From contig OZ241892.1 of assembly GCA_965203485.1 (NCBI GenBank), forward strand, positions 1,472,001-1,536,000: DNA of 64,000 nucleotides, written 5' to 3'. The DNA is from Longimicrobiales bacterium (GTDB taxonomy: Bacteria; Gemmatimonadota; Gemmatimonadetes; Longimicrobiales; Gaopeijiaceae). The notes beneath the pieces were generated by a model, which ran no database searches, was not told the DNA's origin, and saw nothing but the letters and a program-made list of their open reading frames with translations. Shown one piece after another: positions 63,206 to 64,000 of the stretch. A program made the position numbers and the translations under genes. Numbering within the stretch: the stretch's first letter is position 1; every line of letters starts with the position of its first letter.

Positions 63206-64000
63206 CTACTGCCGGGCGGCCGGGCGCACGGCGCCGCCCACCACGCGCACCCTGTCGCCGGCCGTGAGTCCGTGCTGGCCCACCACGACCAGCAGGTCGC
63301 CCGCGTTCAAGCCCTCGCCCACGACCGCCTCGTTGCCCTGATTGTCGACGACGTCGATCCGGCTTGCCCGCGCCCGTGCCTGCTCGCCTTCGCCGTCGAC
63401 CACGAAGGCCACGTAGCCGTAGTCCATGGACACGAGGGCTTCCTGCGGCACGACGAGGGCGTCCTCGACGCGCTCCTGAACGATCGTGACCGAGGCCAGC
63501 ATCGCCGGCTTGATGCGCCGGCCGGGGTTGGGGATCGCCAGCTCCACGGGGAACGTTCGGCTCTCGGGATCGACCGCGGCGCCCGCGTGGCGGACGACGG
63601 TGCGAACCGGATCGGCATCCAGCACGTCGAAGGACACGGCGGCGACCGCGCCCGCAGCCACGTCGAGCGCGAAGCGTTCGGGCACGCCTGCGGTCACCTT
63701 CACCGAGTCCACGCGGACGATCCTGGCCACGGGCAGGCCCGGCGCGACCATCGTCCCGACCTCCACCATGCGGTCTTCGAGCACCCCGTCGATGGGAGCC
63801 GTCACGGTCGCGCGCTCCAGACGCGCCTGCAGAGCTTCCAAGACGCCCTGCGCGCGCTCGGCGGCCGCTGCGGCCTCGAGGTAGCTGGCCTCCGATCCGA
63901 TGCCGTCCTCCTCGTACAGCCTCCTTCGGCGCTGCCACATCTCCCGGGCGAACTCGGCGTCGGCCGCGGCGCTGCGCAGCTGGGCCCGGAGAACCGCGTC
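63206..64000 (-). CDS. RND efflux periplasmic adaptor (membrane fusion protein), 5' end outside the window
   Basis: Helical hairpin then VTAPIDG, VDPESRTF, IKPAM, VVPQEAL, GLNAGDLLVVVG. Confidence 0.92.
   Translation of the reverse strand, partial: DAVLRAQLRSAAADAEFAREMWQRRRRLYEEDGIGSEASYLEAAAAAERAQGVLEALQARLERATVTAPIDGVLEDRMVEVGTMVAPGLPVARIVRVDSVKVTAGVPERFALDVAAGAVAAVSFDVLDADPVRTVVRHAGAAVDPESRTFPVELAIPNPGRRIKPAMLASVTIVQERVEDALVVPQEALVSMDYGYVAFVVDGEGEQARARASRIDVVDNQGNEAVVGEGLNAGDLLVVVGQHGLTAGDRVRVVGGAVRPAARQ

Overview
High-GC bacterial genomic window. The 16S gene and protein set suggest Gemmatimonadota, possibly a host-associated lineage (inference). Left to right: the 5' end of prfB with its programmed +1 frameshift; a hypothetical membrane protein; a cassette of a 73-aa secreted Cys-rich peptide, a strong hairpin and two 6-bladed beta-propeller lipoproteins. 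Next is a ~31-kb gene for a ~10,300-aa autotransporter adhesin: 72 Ig-like repeats counted by eye with nested periodicity, 4 cadherin domains and a C-terminal barrel. A perfect 269-bp tandem duplication splits it into two ORFs. Upstream on the same strand lie a PorV/PorQ-family barrel, era, a solo 16S rRNA gene (own promoter, 25-bp leader-trailer helix, followed by era instead of tRNA/23S) and tRNA-His. The rest holds a serine hydrolase, tRNA-Arg, divergent ku/ligD separated by a symmetric 26-bp spacer, a solute-binding protein + output-less HAMP protein + OFA-MFS module, an M3 oligopeptidase, an alpha/beta hydrolase, two gamma-glutamyltransferases flanking GlnRS-YqeY, and an RND efflux pair cut by the window edge. 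Best candidates for undescribed biology: the peptide/propeller cassette, the 16S-era unit (era has no canonical in-frame start codon), the giant adhesin and the ku/ligD spacer. All family assignments are from motif recognition; no searches were run.
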